Shown: positions 42,199 through 51,598 of the stretch, one piece after another | How the letters are laid out: each line of letters starts with the position of its first letter | Numbering within the stretch: position 1 is the first letter of the stretch | Assembly: GCA_017435465.1 (NCBI GenBank) | Contig: JAFSEX010000005.1 | Coordinates: forward strand, 6,793 to 70,792 | Length of the DNA stretch: 64,000 bases | Source of the DNA: Bacilli bacterium | Lineage (GTDB): Bacteria > Bacillota_I > Bacilli_A > RF39 > UBA660 | Direction: 5' to 3' | Position numbers and translations under genes: made by a program | Notes under the pieces: generated by a model | Seen by the model: the letters and a program-made list of their open reading frames with translations, nothing else | Told to the model about the DNA's origin: nothing | Database searches by the model: none

Positions 42199-42380
42199 AT
42201 GAAAAAAGCAATTGCATTTATATTATTACCATTATCAATTTTAATAACATTGTTACAAGCAATGTATGAATCGGTGATAGAACCATTATCAACAAGTATT
42301 GGTAATGGAATAAATGAACTATTAACAACTAACTATGAATTTTGGAAGAAAGTTTTCAGGTGGAAGTAAGAGGTGAATAA

Positions 42381-42605
42381 ATGACAAGAGAAGAAATAAA
42401 AGAAGAATTATTAACTGATGATGACCAACAATTTAAAACAATGGTAGCAGCACAAATTGCAGTATTGTATGAATACCTTGTTAAAAAAGAGGTTTTTACA
42501 GAAAAAGATATAAAAGAAATGAATAAATCAACAGAAGAACTTGCTGAAAAAATAAACGAATTATCAGTTGAGTTAATAATGAAAAAAATTGAGGAAGGTG
42601 AATAA
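42381..42605 (+). CDS. hypothetical small acidic protein
   Basis: Intact ORF behind SD AAGAGGTGA. Confidence 0.35.
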   Translation: MTREEIKEELLTDDDQQFKTMVAAQIAVLYEYLVKKEVFTEKDIKEMNKSTEELAEKINELSVELIMKKIEEGE

Positions 42606-42983
42606 ATGAAAATAAATAGTGAAGAATTATATAAGTTCATTAATGAATTAGGAACTAATGAAAAAGTTAGATTCAAAGTTTATTACGATGATAATTATGT
42701 TACAGAAGTATTATGGAATGGAGATAGCTTTGAATGGGAAACAGGAACATTTACATCAGAAGCATTCTTTAACCCGTTATATGATTTTGAAGAAATAAAA
42801 GAAGAAAAAGAAATAGAAAAAATAATTTTAAATAGTGACGGTGATATTGTCTACTATGAAAATGGAGAAAAACATAGATTTACAACTAATAAACAAACAA
42901 AATATCTTACACATAAAATCAATGAAATAATAGATGAAATAAATAGATTAAAGAAAGGAAATGATGACTTATCAATAAGGTAA
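42606..42983 (+). CDS. hypothetical phage protein
   Basis: TAAATG junction with the upstream ORF. Intact ORF. Confidence 0.35.
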   Translation: MKINSEELYKFINELGTNEKVRFKVYYDDNYVTEVLWNGDSFEWETGTFTSEAFFNPLYDFEEIKEEKEIEKIILNSDGDIVYYENGEKHRFTTNKQTKYLTHKINEIIDEINRLKKGNDDLSIR

Positions 42984-43363
42984 TACTGATTGGGAGATTA
43001 ACCCAAAATCCAGCAAGATATTCAAAAAAAGATGGAACAACATATTGCAAATTTTCAGTAGCAATAAATAGGGGAGAAGATAAAGCAGATTTTATAAATT
43101 GTACATGCTTTAGTAAGCAAGCAGAAAACATAATTAAATACCTTTCTAAAGGTAGTTTAGTAGCAGTAGAAGGAAGATTACAAACAAGTAAATATTATGA
43201 TGACAGAAGTCAAAAAAACATAACTACAACAGATGTAATAGTAGATAATGTAAAATTCCTAGATAGAAAAAAAGAACAAACAAATGAATTTGAAAATTTA
43301 AGTACAAATACATTTTATACAAATGATATAGAGATATCAGAAGAAGATTTACCATTTGAATAG
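42971..43363 (+). CDS. ssb: single-stranded DNA-binding protein lacking ATG/GTG/TTG start; absent from the ORF track
   Basis: The frame reads (I)NKVILIGRLTQNPARYSKKDGTTYCKFSVAINRGEDKADFINCTCFSKQAENIIKYLSKGSLVAVEGRLQTSKYYD...EEDLPFE. That is an OB-fold SSB with the acidic DLPF tail. ATC occupies the expected ATG position, 10 nt after AGGAA. Confidence 0.75.
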   Translation: MNKVILIGRLTQNPARYSKKDGTTYCKFSVAINRGEDKADFINCTCFSKQAENIIKYLSKGSLVAVEGRLQTSKYYDDRSQKNITTTDVIVDNVKFLDRKKEQTNEFENLSTNTFYTNDIEISEEDLPFE

Positions 43364-43375
43364 GAGGAAACAGAA

Positions 43376-43846
43376 ATGACTAAAAAATATAACGAAAAAA
43401 TGATAGTTCATAGTGGAAAAATGGTATACGCAATATCTTTAGAAGATAAAAATAACATGAATGATGATAGAACACACATTTTGATTGATAATGGAAAAGT
43501 ATATTTCAGTAATACATGGTATTCTAACACAAGAGAATTTAATTTTAATGATGAAGCACATAAAATAGCGAAAGAAATATTTGTATCACAATTACAAGTG
43601 GACATTAAAAGAAGAATATTAGAATTAAAACAATTAGAAGAAATATTTGAAAGTGTAGGATTAAAAGAATGTCTTGGAAATTCAATATATGATAATTCAC
43701 AAAAAATTTTAGAAATGAAAAAAGAAATAAAAAAAGATTTACGAAAAGACATCAAAAATATTGAAACTAAAATAGAAGAAAAAACTATTGAAGCAATTGA
43801 AGATAATGTAAAAAGTATAGCAAGAAAGAAAAAGAAAAATCAATAA
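43376..43846 (+). CDS. hypothetical phage protein
   Basis: Intact ORF behind SD TAGGAGGAA. Confidence 0.4.
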   Translation: MTKKYNEKMIVHSGKMVYAISLEDKNNMNDDRTHILIDNGKVYFSNTWYSNTREFNFNDEAHKIAKEIFVSQLQVDIKRRILELKQLEEIFESVGLKECLGNSIYDNSQKILEMKKEIKKDLRKDIKNIETKIEEKTIEAIEDNVKSIARKKKKNQ

Positions 43847-43947
43847 CTAGAAACGATAGATAAAAAAACTACACATTTCCAAATCTCACCTTTATTTATA
43901 CAGCAAGTTTTAAGTAGTTTTCTTGCTTTTTATTTTAGGAGGATTAA

Positions 43948-44145
43948 ATGAAAGAAGAAAATTATCATCAAAAGAAAGTAATAGATAGACTATCAAGAAA
44001 AATTCAAAAGTTAAAAAAGGAATATAGAAAATTAGAAAGTAAAAAAAGACCACCAACATTATATGGTAGAGAAGTTGTTGTAGTACCTGATAGTATGCTT
44101 AATGAAATTATAGTGGTAAATAAAGATTTTTTTGATTTTAGTTAG
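43948..44145 (+). CDS. hypothetical small basic protein
   Basis: Intact ORF behind SD TAGGAGGA. Confidence 0.35.
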   Translation: MKEENYHQKKVIDRLSRKIQKLKKEYRKLESKKRPPTLYGREVVVVPDSMLNEIIVVNKDFFDFS

Positions 44146-44157
44146 GAGTAATAAAAT

Positions 44158-44367
44158 ATGGATAAATATCAAGTAATAGTTAAAAACTTAGGTAGAAGAA
44201 AAGTAAATTTAAAAGTTGATGGAGTATCTGAATATGAAACAAAAGAAATAATACTAAAATTTTGTAAAAGACATTTATTATCAGATGAAATATATTTGAT
44301 GGCAAATGGAGATATAGTTGTTGGATGGAGAAAAGTAGGGGAATTTAAAATAATAAAAACAAATTAG
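44158..44367 (+). CDS. hypothetical small protein
   Basis: Intact ORF behind SD TAGGAG. Confidence 0.35.
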   Translation: MDKYQVIVKNLGRRKVNLKVDGVSEYETKEIILKFCKRHLLSDEIYLMANGDIVVGWRKVGEFKIIKTN

Positions 44368-44537
44368 TTGGGAGTTATAAATATGAAAGAAGAACTAAAA
44401 CCAAAACAAATACAATGGTTAGAAGAAATAAAAGAAGTAATAGAAAAATATGATTATAAACCTACAACAAAAGAGATAAATAAAATTTTAGGTGGAAATA
44501 AGAAACTAGAAAAAACGATACATAGGGAGATGAAATA

Positions 44538-45122
44538 ATGAAAGAGGACTCATTGCAAATAATACAACATTATGGATATAGAAACCAATTAAAAAAACTA
44601 AATGAAGAATGTTATGAGTTAGTAGAAGCAGTAATTAATGCAGAACACAATAGAAATATAGGAGTAATTAGAAAACCATGCCAAACAGCTATTGATAACA
44701 TAACGGAAGAAATAGCAGATGTATTAAACATGGTAGAACAATTCATGTATTACTATGAAATAGATATAGATGATGTAATAGGGATTATGCATAAAAAGGT
44801 ACATAGACAACTAGAACGAATTGAGAATGGAGAATATGATATGGAAAAATATATAAAGTTAGAAACAGTTTCAAAAGAGGGAATCAAACATGAATTAAAA
44901 ATGAAAAGAATAGATGAAGATTTTCTAATAGATTATATAGTAAAAATAAATGAAGTATATAACAAATTAATAGATAAAGTAAATGAACAAGACCAAATAA
45001 TAAGAGAAGCAAGGGAATTTGTAAATCTTAGATTAAAAGAGTGTGAAGAATATAATTGTTGTGGTATGCAACCTGAATATAAGGAAGAACTTATAGAAAT
45101 ATTAGATAGGAATGTGAAATAA
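44538..45122 (+). CDS. MazG-like nucleotide pyrophosphohydrolase domain protein with C-terminal extension
   Basis: EExxE-type motifs LNEECYELVEAV and EEIADVLNMVEQF. Confidence 0.55.
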   Translation: MKEDSLQIIQHYGYRNQLKKLNEECYELVEAVINAEHNRNIGVIRKPCQTAIDNITEEIADVLNMVEQFMYYYEIDIDDVIGIMHKKVHRQLERIENGEYDMEKYIKLETVSKEGIKHELKMKRIDEDFLIDYIVKINEVYNKLIDKVNEQDQIIREAREFVNLRLKECEEYNCCGMQPEYKEELIEILDRNVK

Positions 45123-45126
45123 GATT

Positions 45127-45552
45127 ATGAAATTCAATAATATGAAAGAAGTGGTGGAATATTTAGACACCATCAATGATACAGAAGATTTAAGATATGA
45201 TGATTGTAAAATGCATGGATTTATAAATGAAGATAGTTACAAAAGAATATTAGCCGAAGTTTTGAAATTAAAAGAAAAACCAAAGCGAGTTGTTGATATA
45301 GGAAGTAACTTAAATCAATTTGGATATTTATTTGTAAATGAAGGCATTGATTACATAGGTATTGATTTATGGAATGCTTGTAGATACATGAAACCAGTAG
45401 AAACTGAACACATAAAATTTATAGGAGCAAGATATGAAGATATATCTGAATTTTTCAAAGATGATGTGATTATAAGTAATTTATGTGTAGGTTATTTAGT
45501 TGATGAAAAAGATGTTAAAGCAAAACATTTTATAAATGGGAAGGATTTGTAA
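45127..45552 (+). CDS. hypothetical protein (weak class-I methyltransferase-like motif VVDIGSN)
   Basis: Intact ORF. The motif match is weak. Confidence 0.3.
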   Translation: MKFNNMKEVVEYLDTINDTEDLRYDDCKMHGFINEDSYKRILAEVLKLKEKPKRVVDIGSNLNQFGYLFVNEGIDYIGIDLWNACRYMKPVETEHIKFIGARYEDISEFFKDDVIISNLCVGYLVDEKDVKAKHFINGKDL

Positions 45553-45576
45553 AGATAGATTAGGAAGTGAAATAAG

Positions 45577-46278
45577 ATGAAGATATTAGTTGCTTGTGAA
45601 GAAAGCCAAGCCGTTACAAAAGAATTGAGAAAACTAGGACACGAAGCATATAGTTGTGATTTAATTGAATGTTCTGGGGGGCATCCAGAATGGCATATTA
45701 AACAAGATGTTATTCCATTGTTAAATGGTAAATGTTCTTTTTATACTTGTGATGGTATTCAACATAAAATATTAAGTAAGTGGGATTTAATTATAGCACA
45801 TCCGCCTTGTACTCATTTATCTTCTACTGGACAATGGGCTTATAAAAAAGGCAAACCAATTTCTTTAAGGGAAGATGCGGTAGATTTTTTTATGAAATTT
45901 GTAAATGCTGATTGTGATAGGATTGCTATTGAAAATCCAGTGGGTATAATGTCAACTAGATATCAAAAACCAAATCAAATTATTCATCCGTGGCAATTTG
46001 GTGATGAAGCAGAAAAAACAACTTGTTTGTGGCTTAAAGGGTTACCTAAATTACAACCAACAAAAATAGTAGGCAAAGGAGAAACATTTGATTATGTAAA
46101 TCCTAAAACTGGTGGTATAAAACATTATCCAAAGTGGATGATGGATGCTTTAAAAGCTAAAACACCAGAAGAAAGGTCAAGATTAAGAAGTAAAACATTT
46201 CCAGGAATAGCACTTGCTATGGCCACACAATGGACTAATGTACCAAACTTAATAGATTTGGTAGAAAAGATAGATTAG
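45577..46278 (+). CDS. short phage-type DNA cytosine-5 methyltransferase-like protein
   Basis: KILVACEESQ N terminus, a PPC motif (AHPPCTHLS) and an ENP motif (IENPVGIMS). Flanked by 24-bp direct repeats. Confidence 0.5.
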   Translation: MKILVACEESQAVTKELRKLGHEAYSCDLIECSGGHPEWHIKQDVIPLLNGKCSFYTCDGIQHKILSKWDLIIAHPPCTHLSSTGQWAYKKGKPISLREDAVDFFMKFVNADCDRIAIENPVGIMSTRYQKPNQIIHPWQFGDEAEKTTCLWLKGLPKLQPTKIVGKGETFDYVNPKTGGIKHYPKWMMDALKAKTPEERSRLRSKTFPGIALAMATQWTNVPNLIDLVEKID

Positions 46279-46466
46279 GAAGTGAAATATAATGAATGAT
46301 AAAGATTTAAAAGTAAAAGTTAAAGAAACAAGTGATTATTATTTTAAAGAGATAAAACGAAAAGAAAAACTAATAGAGATATTACAAGCAGAAATAGAAT
46401 TAACGTATGAATTTATAAACTCAATAGATAGAATTGGTGAATTAGTATTTAGGGAAGTGAAATAAG

Positions 46467-46754
46467 ATGAGTGAAAGAGAATTAGTAGCCTTTAAAACAA
46501 GAATAGCAAAAGATTATCCAGCATATTGGGAATTAGCTGATTATGTTTTAATACTAGAACAAGAAAGAAACAACTATAAAGAACTATATGAAAAAGAGAT
46601 TGAAAAGAGCAAAAAATTTAAAGAATATTTAAATGGTTGTATAAAAGAACTAGATAATCAATCTATGAACTCGTTAAAAAATGTACTTAACGGTGGAATA
46701 ATAGAAATCACAAAAACTATATTAGAGAGATATGAGGATTTAGAAAGGAAATAG
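46467..46754 (+). CDS. hypothetical phage protein
   Basis: Intact ORF behind GGGAAGTGAAATAAG. Confidence 0.35.
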   Translation: MSERELVAFKTRIAKDYPAYWELADYVLILEQERNNYKELYEKEIEKSKKFKEYLNGCIKELDNQSMNSLKNVLNGGIIEITKTILERYEDLERK

Positions 46755-46757
46755 AGT

Positions 46758-46958
46758 ATGAAAGAAAATAGAGAACTAGTAAGTTTAGATTATGAAGCAG
46801 AATGTAATATGTTAAGACAAACATTAAATGAACAAGCAGATGAATGGGCAAAGAAAATAGATAGTATTGTTTATGAAAAAAATATAATTATAGAAAACCA
46901 ACTTGAAGAAATAGAATTTTATAAAAATATAATTAAATCAATGTTGCATATTAAATAA
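46758..46958 (+). CDS. hypothetical small protein
   Basis: Intact ORF. Confidence 0.3.
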   Translation: MKENRELVSLDYEAECNMLRQTLNEQADEWAKKIDSIVYEKNIIIENQLEEIEFYKNIIKSMLHIK

Positions 46959-47056
46959 TTTAGAAATAGAAAGTAGGAATAAGTAATGATTAATTTTATA
47001 TTAGGATTAATAATAGGAAGTTTACTAATGGCTATTGTAGTAGGAGGGAATAAGGA

Positions 47057-47245
47057 ATGACATATATAACAAGAAATAATTATGTAATCAAACATGATTG
47101 TGATAGTTGCATACATGATAGTATGTGTAAATATAGAGATGTTATTGATGATTTAGAAACAATAGCAGATAAATTTGAAGAATATGAAGATATCAATTTA
47201 ACTGGTGAAATTAAGTGTGAAATGTATATGGAAGAAGATAGGTGA
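47057..47245 (+). CDS. hypothetical small Cys-containing protein
   Basis: Intact ORF behind SD AGGAGGGAA. Confidence 0.3.
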   Translation: MTYITRNNYVIKHDCDSCIHDSMCKYRDVIDDLETIADKFEEYEDINLTGEIKCEMYMEEDR

Positions 47246-47405
47246 TTAGTAATGAACAAAAATGAAATAATTAAAATACTTAATGAAGTAAGAAAAGAAG
47301 ATAAAGAGCTAATAAAAGATTTAATTAGAATAAACGAAAGATTATCAATGGAATTAAAAGATATACTTAGAGAATTACAAAAGTTTTTAATAAAGGGGGA
47401 TAATA

Positions 47406-47606
47406 ATGAATAAATACATAATACCAACAATAATAACATTCTTAATAGGAATATATCTAACATGGTTAATAACAGATATAAACATATCAAAAAAATATAG
47501 AGAAGAATTAAATGTATGTAAAGGCATGAATAATACTTACGTAGAAGAAATAAATATAAGAGATGAAATTATAAATAAATTAGAACAAGGAAAAGAAAAT
47601 GAATGA
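47406..47606 (+). CDS. small membrane protein
   Basis: N-terminal TM helix IPTIITFLIGIYLTWLI. Confidence 0.35.
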   Translation: MNKYIIPTIITFLIGIYLTWLITDINISKKYREELNVCKGMNNTYVEEINIRDEIINKLEQGKENE

Positions 47607-47855
47607 AAATATAGAATATGCAGAAGATTGGTTATTAGAACAGTTAATTAAGACCGATTTTGAAGAGAAACAAACTGGAAATATAATTTATGCAAGGATT
47701 AAGAAAAAAGACTTGTACAAGCTATTTATTAAGTTTATAAAATTGATGAAAATGCACTAAATTTTGAAAAAACTGTGCATTTTGGGAGAAAAAATCTCTC
47801 AAAAACACAATAATTGTGCAAAAAAGGGGTTTTGGGTTGAATTAGAAAGGAAAAT

Positions 47856-48278
47856 ATGGAAGAAATATTTATTGAGTATGAAGAATATTTAAATAAATTT
47901 AGAGATGCGCAAAAAGAATACAACAAGGTATTAACAAAAAAAGAACAATTATATAAATTGATATATCCGCAGTCATCAAGTATTAAAGATACACCAAGTA
48001 ATATTTCAACAGAAAATAATAGCAAACAACAAAGATTTGTAGAATTAGAAGAAATATTAATAAAACAATTAAATTCATCCAAAAGTATATTAGGTGAAAG
48101 AGAATATTTAAAAAAACTTAAAGAAAGAGAATTAAGAAATAGCACTAATACAATGGATATAGTTTATGTTTTACGATATTTAGATAGAAAAAAAGTATCT
48201 TATATAGCACGTAATTTAGGATATAGTAGAGATAACGTATATAAAATACTTACAAAAATAAAAACCGCTTTACAGTAA
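47856..48278 (+). CDS. sigma-70 region-4-like / ArpU-type phage transcriptional regulator
   Basis: 140 aa with a C-terminal HTH KKVSYIARNLGYSRDNVYKILTKIKTAL. Size and position fit late-gene activators. Confidence 0.45.
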   Translation: MEEIFIEYEEYLNKFRDAQKEYNKVLTKKEQLYKLIYPQSSSIKDTPSNISTENNSKQQRFVELEEILIKQLNSSKSILGEREYLKKLKERELRNSTNTMDIVYVLRYLDRKKVSYIARNLGYSRDNVYKILTKIKTALQ

Positions 48279-48357
48279 AAGTTCTTTGAAAATTTAGTAA
48301 AAAGTTGAGAATACTACTTATAAATGTTATACTTATATTATAGTAGGAGGGTAATTT

Positions 48358-48822
48358 ATGGAAGAAAAAATTTCAAATACTGACCAGTATAAAATAATTA
48401 ATCTTATAGACTTTATAGAGAGTTTTGCAGAAGATAAGGATAACAGTATTAAAATCAAGAAAGAATTTTTAGAAGGATATTTTAAACGTTTAAATGATGA
48501 ATTGGTTGGTAACAAAGGACCATATGCAAAATGTATAGAAGATATTTATATGTATAAAATATATGAAAATTCAGATTATTATGAATATCTTAAATTTGTA
48601 ATTTCTATATGTAATAAATATCTTGATATTGCATCGGGAAATAAATATCACAAAAACAAACAAGATATCGAACGTAGAAGAGAAAAATATAAACAATTAA
48701 ATATAACATTACTTCCAAATGAAAAGGAAGAATTTAAAAAAGCAACAGAAAAAAATGGAACTACCATGAAAGATGCAATAAAACAATTTATTTTAGAATA
48801 TATAGAAAAAAATAAAAAATAA
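48358..48822 (+). CDS. hypothetical protein with C-terminal ribbon-helix-helix-like segment
   Basis: LNITLLPNEKEEFKKATEKNGTTMKDAIKQFILEYI resembles a CopG/RHH fold. Confidence 0.35.
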   Translation: MEEKISNTDQYKIINLIDFIESFAEDKDNSIKIKKEFLEGYFKRLNDELVGNKGPYAKCIEDIYMYKIYENSDYYEYLKFVISICNKYLDIASGNKYHKNKQDIERRREKYKQLNITLLPNEKEEFKKATEKNGTTMKDAIKQFILEYIEKNKK

Positions 48823-49057
48823 AAATAACCTCTTGACAATTAGCGACTAGTCGTGTATATTGTTGTCATAAGGTGGTGATAGTATAAAAGGAATAAATAA
48901 GTGTACAAAAAAAGATAAGTAGTGTTCCCGCTAAGAAATTTCTACTTATCAAATTGAATAAACTCACTTAAAAGTAAATTCTTTTATATTATACACAAAA
49001 AGTCTTTATTTTTCAAGTGAGTATAAACAAATATTTGAGAAATGGAGACTTTTTACT

Positions 49058-49300
49058 ATGAAAAAAATTAGAATATTTTTAACAAATAAAGGATTTGAGA
49101 AATGCTATTTGCATTATTTAATTGAAATGAACGAATATTATTTATTTGTTAACACAAAAAAATATAATCGTAAGTTAAAAGAAATTATTGAGAAAGCAAA
49201 ACAACAAATTTATAAAGAAAATATTATTGAAAAAAGCAAAAGATTAAAATTTATTCCACTAGGATATGAAAAAACGATTAGATATTATGATAATAATTAA
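49058..49300 (+). CDS. hypothetical small protein
   Basis: Intact ORF behind SD AATGGAGA. A TTGACA...TATATT promoter lies at ~48834-48862. Confidence 0.35.
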   Translation: MKKIRIFLTNKGFEKCYLHYLIEMNEYYLFVNTKKYNRKLKEIIEKAKQQIYKENIIEKSKRLKFIPLGYEKTIRYYDNN

Positions 49301-49329
49301 CATATTAAAATAGAAAGAAGGTAAAACAA

Positions 49330-50064
49330 TTGAATTTAGAATTAATTAAGATAGATGTAAATGAAAATAATGAACCAATAGTATGTGGTAGAGAATTACA
49401 TAGAGCACTTGAAATACAAACTCCATATAAAAAATGGTTTGAAAGAATGTGTGAATATGGTTTCATAGAAAATCAAGATTATTATACAGTTGGACAAAAA
49501 AGTCCAATCGCAAATGGTGGCTATCAAGAAGTTGCTAATCATGATATTAGATTAGATATGGCAAAAGAGATTGCAATGATACAAAGAAATGAAGTGGGGA
49601 AAACCGTAAGACAATATTTTCTACAAGTTGAAAAAGAATATAATAGTCCAGAAAAAGTAATGGCACGAGCTTTAAGAATTGCTGAACAACAAATAAACTC
49701 ATTAACTATAACAACAAAAGAATTAGAGAATAAATTAGAAGAACAAAAACCTAAAGTGTTATTTGCAAATGCAGTAGAAACAGCACATACTAGCATATTA
49801 ATAGGTGATTTAGCAAAATTAATCAAACAAAATGGATATGATATAGGGCAAAATAGATTATTTAAATGGTTAAGAGAAAATGGATATTTAATTAAAAGTG
49901 GTGAAAGAAGAAATATGCCTACTCAAAGTGCTATGGAAAAAGAGTTATTTGAAGTAAAGGAAAGAACTATTAATGACCCAAATGGGGTAGTTAGAATCAC
50001 CAAAACAGTTAAATGTACTGGAAAAGGTCAAATATACTTTATAAATAAATTTTGTGAAATATAG
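49330..50064 (+). CDS. phage antirepressor (AntA/AntB N-terminal + KilAC C-terminal domains)
   Basis: N-terminal VCGRELHRALEIQTPYKKWFERM...ENQDY and C-terminal LIGDLAKLIKQNGYDIGQNRLFKWLRENGYL. Confidence 0.65.
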   Translation: MNLELIKIDVNENNEPIVCGRELHRALEIQTPYKKWFERMCEYGFIENQDYYTVGQKSPIANGGYQEVANHDIRLDMAKEIAMIQRNEVGKTVRQYFLQVEKEYNSPEKVMARALRIAEQQINSLTITTKELENKLEEQKPKVLFANAVETAHTSILIGDLAKLIKQNGYDIGQNRLFKWLRENGYLIKSGERRNMPTQSAMEKELFEVKERTINDPNGVVRITKTVKCTGKGQIYFINKFCEI

Positions 50065-50175
50065 AAAGATTACAAAAAATTATACAAATAGCATAGTATA
50101 ATGATAATGTCAGTATTATATGCTGTTACCCCTGACAAGAGATAGAAATATCTCTTTTTATTATGTGGTGATTTA

Positions 50176-50517
50176 ATGAAAATAGTAATAGATTACAAAT
50201 TAGACAATTGGAATGATACTATAAACCATTGCAGAAACAATAAATATAAAGCCAATACAAGGAAAAAGAAAGAAATGGATATAATAAGATACTTTCTATT
50301 AAATGTCCCTAAAATAGAGCATTATCCTATTAAATTAAACTGTATATGGCATGTAACAAATATGAATAGTGATTTAGATAACAAAAGTTTAAAAGCAGTA
50401 TTAGACCAAATGCAATTAAGTGGGATATTAGAGAATGACAATTGCAAACACATTAATTCAATTTCACATCAAGTTGTTAAAGACACCAAAGATTATTTAG
50501 AAATAGAAATAATTTGA
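50176..50517 (+). CDS. RusA-like Holliday junction resolvase
   Basis: 113 aa. The DLDNKSLKAVLDQMQLSGILENDN pattern resembles the RusA catalytic Asp cluster as remembered. Confidence 0.4.
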   Translation: MKIVIDYKLDNWNDTINHCRNNKYKANTRKKKEMDIIRYFLLNVPKIEHYPIKLNCIWHVTNMNSDLDNKSLKAVLDQMQLSGILENDNCKHINSISHQVVKDTKDYLEIEII

Positions 50518-50810
50518 TAATAGTGTACTTAATAATATATAAAATGTTGGAGCGATAAAGGTTGAAACGATTGGGGATGTGCTAAATCTCAAAATAGTTA
50601 CGTTGCCGAAAGTACTTCAAAAGTAGTGGTTGATATTAGTTGCAAATGATATTAACAATAAAGCCTTTATATTATTTAGTACAGTGTTATTAAAAAAGGT
50701 GGTAACAATGAAAAAAGAAGAAAAGGTGGACATTCACTGTATAAAATTTGCAGGAAATTGTAAGTTTTGCCCCAAATACAGGTTTTGTTACAAAGAAAAG
50801 GAAAAGGATT

Positions 50811-51131
50811 ATGAAAGTAAAAATAAAAAATTACAATTACGAAATAATAGAAGTAGAACAAAATGATAATAATTTAATCGGAAATGACAATAACTATCAT
50901 TGGGGAATATGTGATTACAAACAAAGAAAAATATTTATAATGAATGATTTGATGAATAAAGACAAAAGAACAGTATTAATTCATGAAGTATCACATGCAT
51001 TCATAGAAGCATATGGTTTTTTACAAGTAAAATTAAATGATGAAATAATGAGTGATTTTATCGCCAGTTATAGTGAAGATATATTAAAAATAGTTAATGA
51101 TTATTTTATGGAGGTAATCAAATGCCAATAA
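50811..51131 (+). CDS. small zinc metallopeptidase-like protein (HExxH)
   Basis: Contains VLIHEVSHAF. Start ATG 50811 lies behind AAAGGAAAAGGA. Confidence 0.45.
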   Translation: MKVKIKNYNYEIIEVEQNDNNLIGNDNNYHWGICDYKQRKIFIMNDLMNKDKRTVLIHEVSHAFIEAYGFLQVKLNDEIMSDFIASYSEDILKIVNDYFMEVIKCQ

Positions 51132-51370
51132 GAAATAAATTGCCATATGGTGAATATATAGACGAAATAATAAATGATATGTGTTACACATTAAAAAATA
51201 ACAAAAAAATAATAGAAGATTTAAGTAAAGGTTTTACTAAAGCAATTAATATAAGTTTTAGTGTGATTCCAGATGAAATGTTAACTATGGATATATATTG
51301 TAGTAAATTAGTTGAAACCGAAAATTTAGAATTAGAAAAGAGTATAAATTTGGAACATGAAAAGCATTAA
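51122..51370 (+). CDS. hypothetical phage protein
   Basis: Intact ORF overlapping its neighbours. Confidence 0.35.
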   Translation: MPIRNKLPYGEYIDEIINDMCYTLKNNKKIIEDLSKGFTKAINISFSVIPDEMLTMDIYCSKLVETENLELEKSINLEHEKH

Positions 51371-51527
51371 ATTTTATATTTTACTAATATTTGAATTAAT
51401 TATAATAATAATGTTAGGAATTTTAATAAATAGAACACAGTATAGACCAGAAGATGCAAATAGAGATGGTATAGTAGATATAAAAGATTTATTAAGAGTA
51501 CAAAAATACATATTAGGAGAAATTTGA
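51357..51527 (+). CDS. 56-aa membrane-anchored peptide with a single dockerin-type Ca-binding repeat; below the 60-aa cutoff of the ORF track
   Basis: Encodes MKSIKFYILLIFELIIIIMLGILINRTQYRPEDANRDGIVDIKDLLRVQKYILGEI. DANRDGIVDIKDLLRVQKYILG matches the repeat pattern of the dockerins at 21.4 and 26.7 kb. Confidence 0.5.
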   Translation: MKSIKFYILLIFELIIIIMLGILINRTQYRPEDANRDGIVDIKDLLRVQKYILGEI

Positions 51528-51598
51528 AAAATATGGAATAATTTGGTATACTTTACTCGTAGCTTGCTAGTATAGGAGTTTACTAGAAGGAGTAGAGT

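Noticed and set aside
50630-50866. 78-aa track ORF upstream of the HExxH protein
   Set aside because: The first 26 codons have no SD. If the ORF is real it more likely starts at ATG 50708 (SD AAAGGTGG), giving a 52-aa Cys-rich peptide that overlaps the next gene by 56 nt. The evidence is too weak to call either way.
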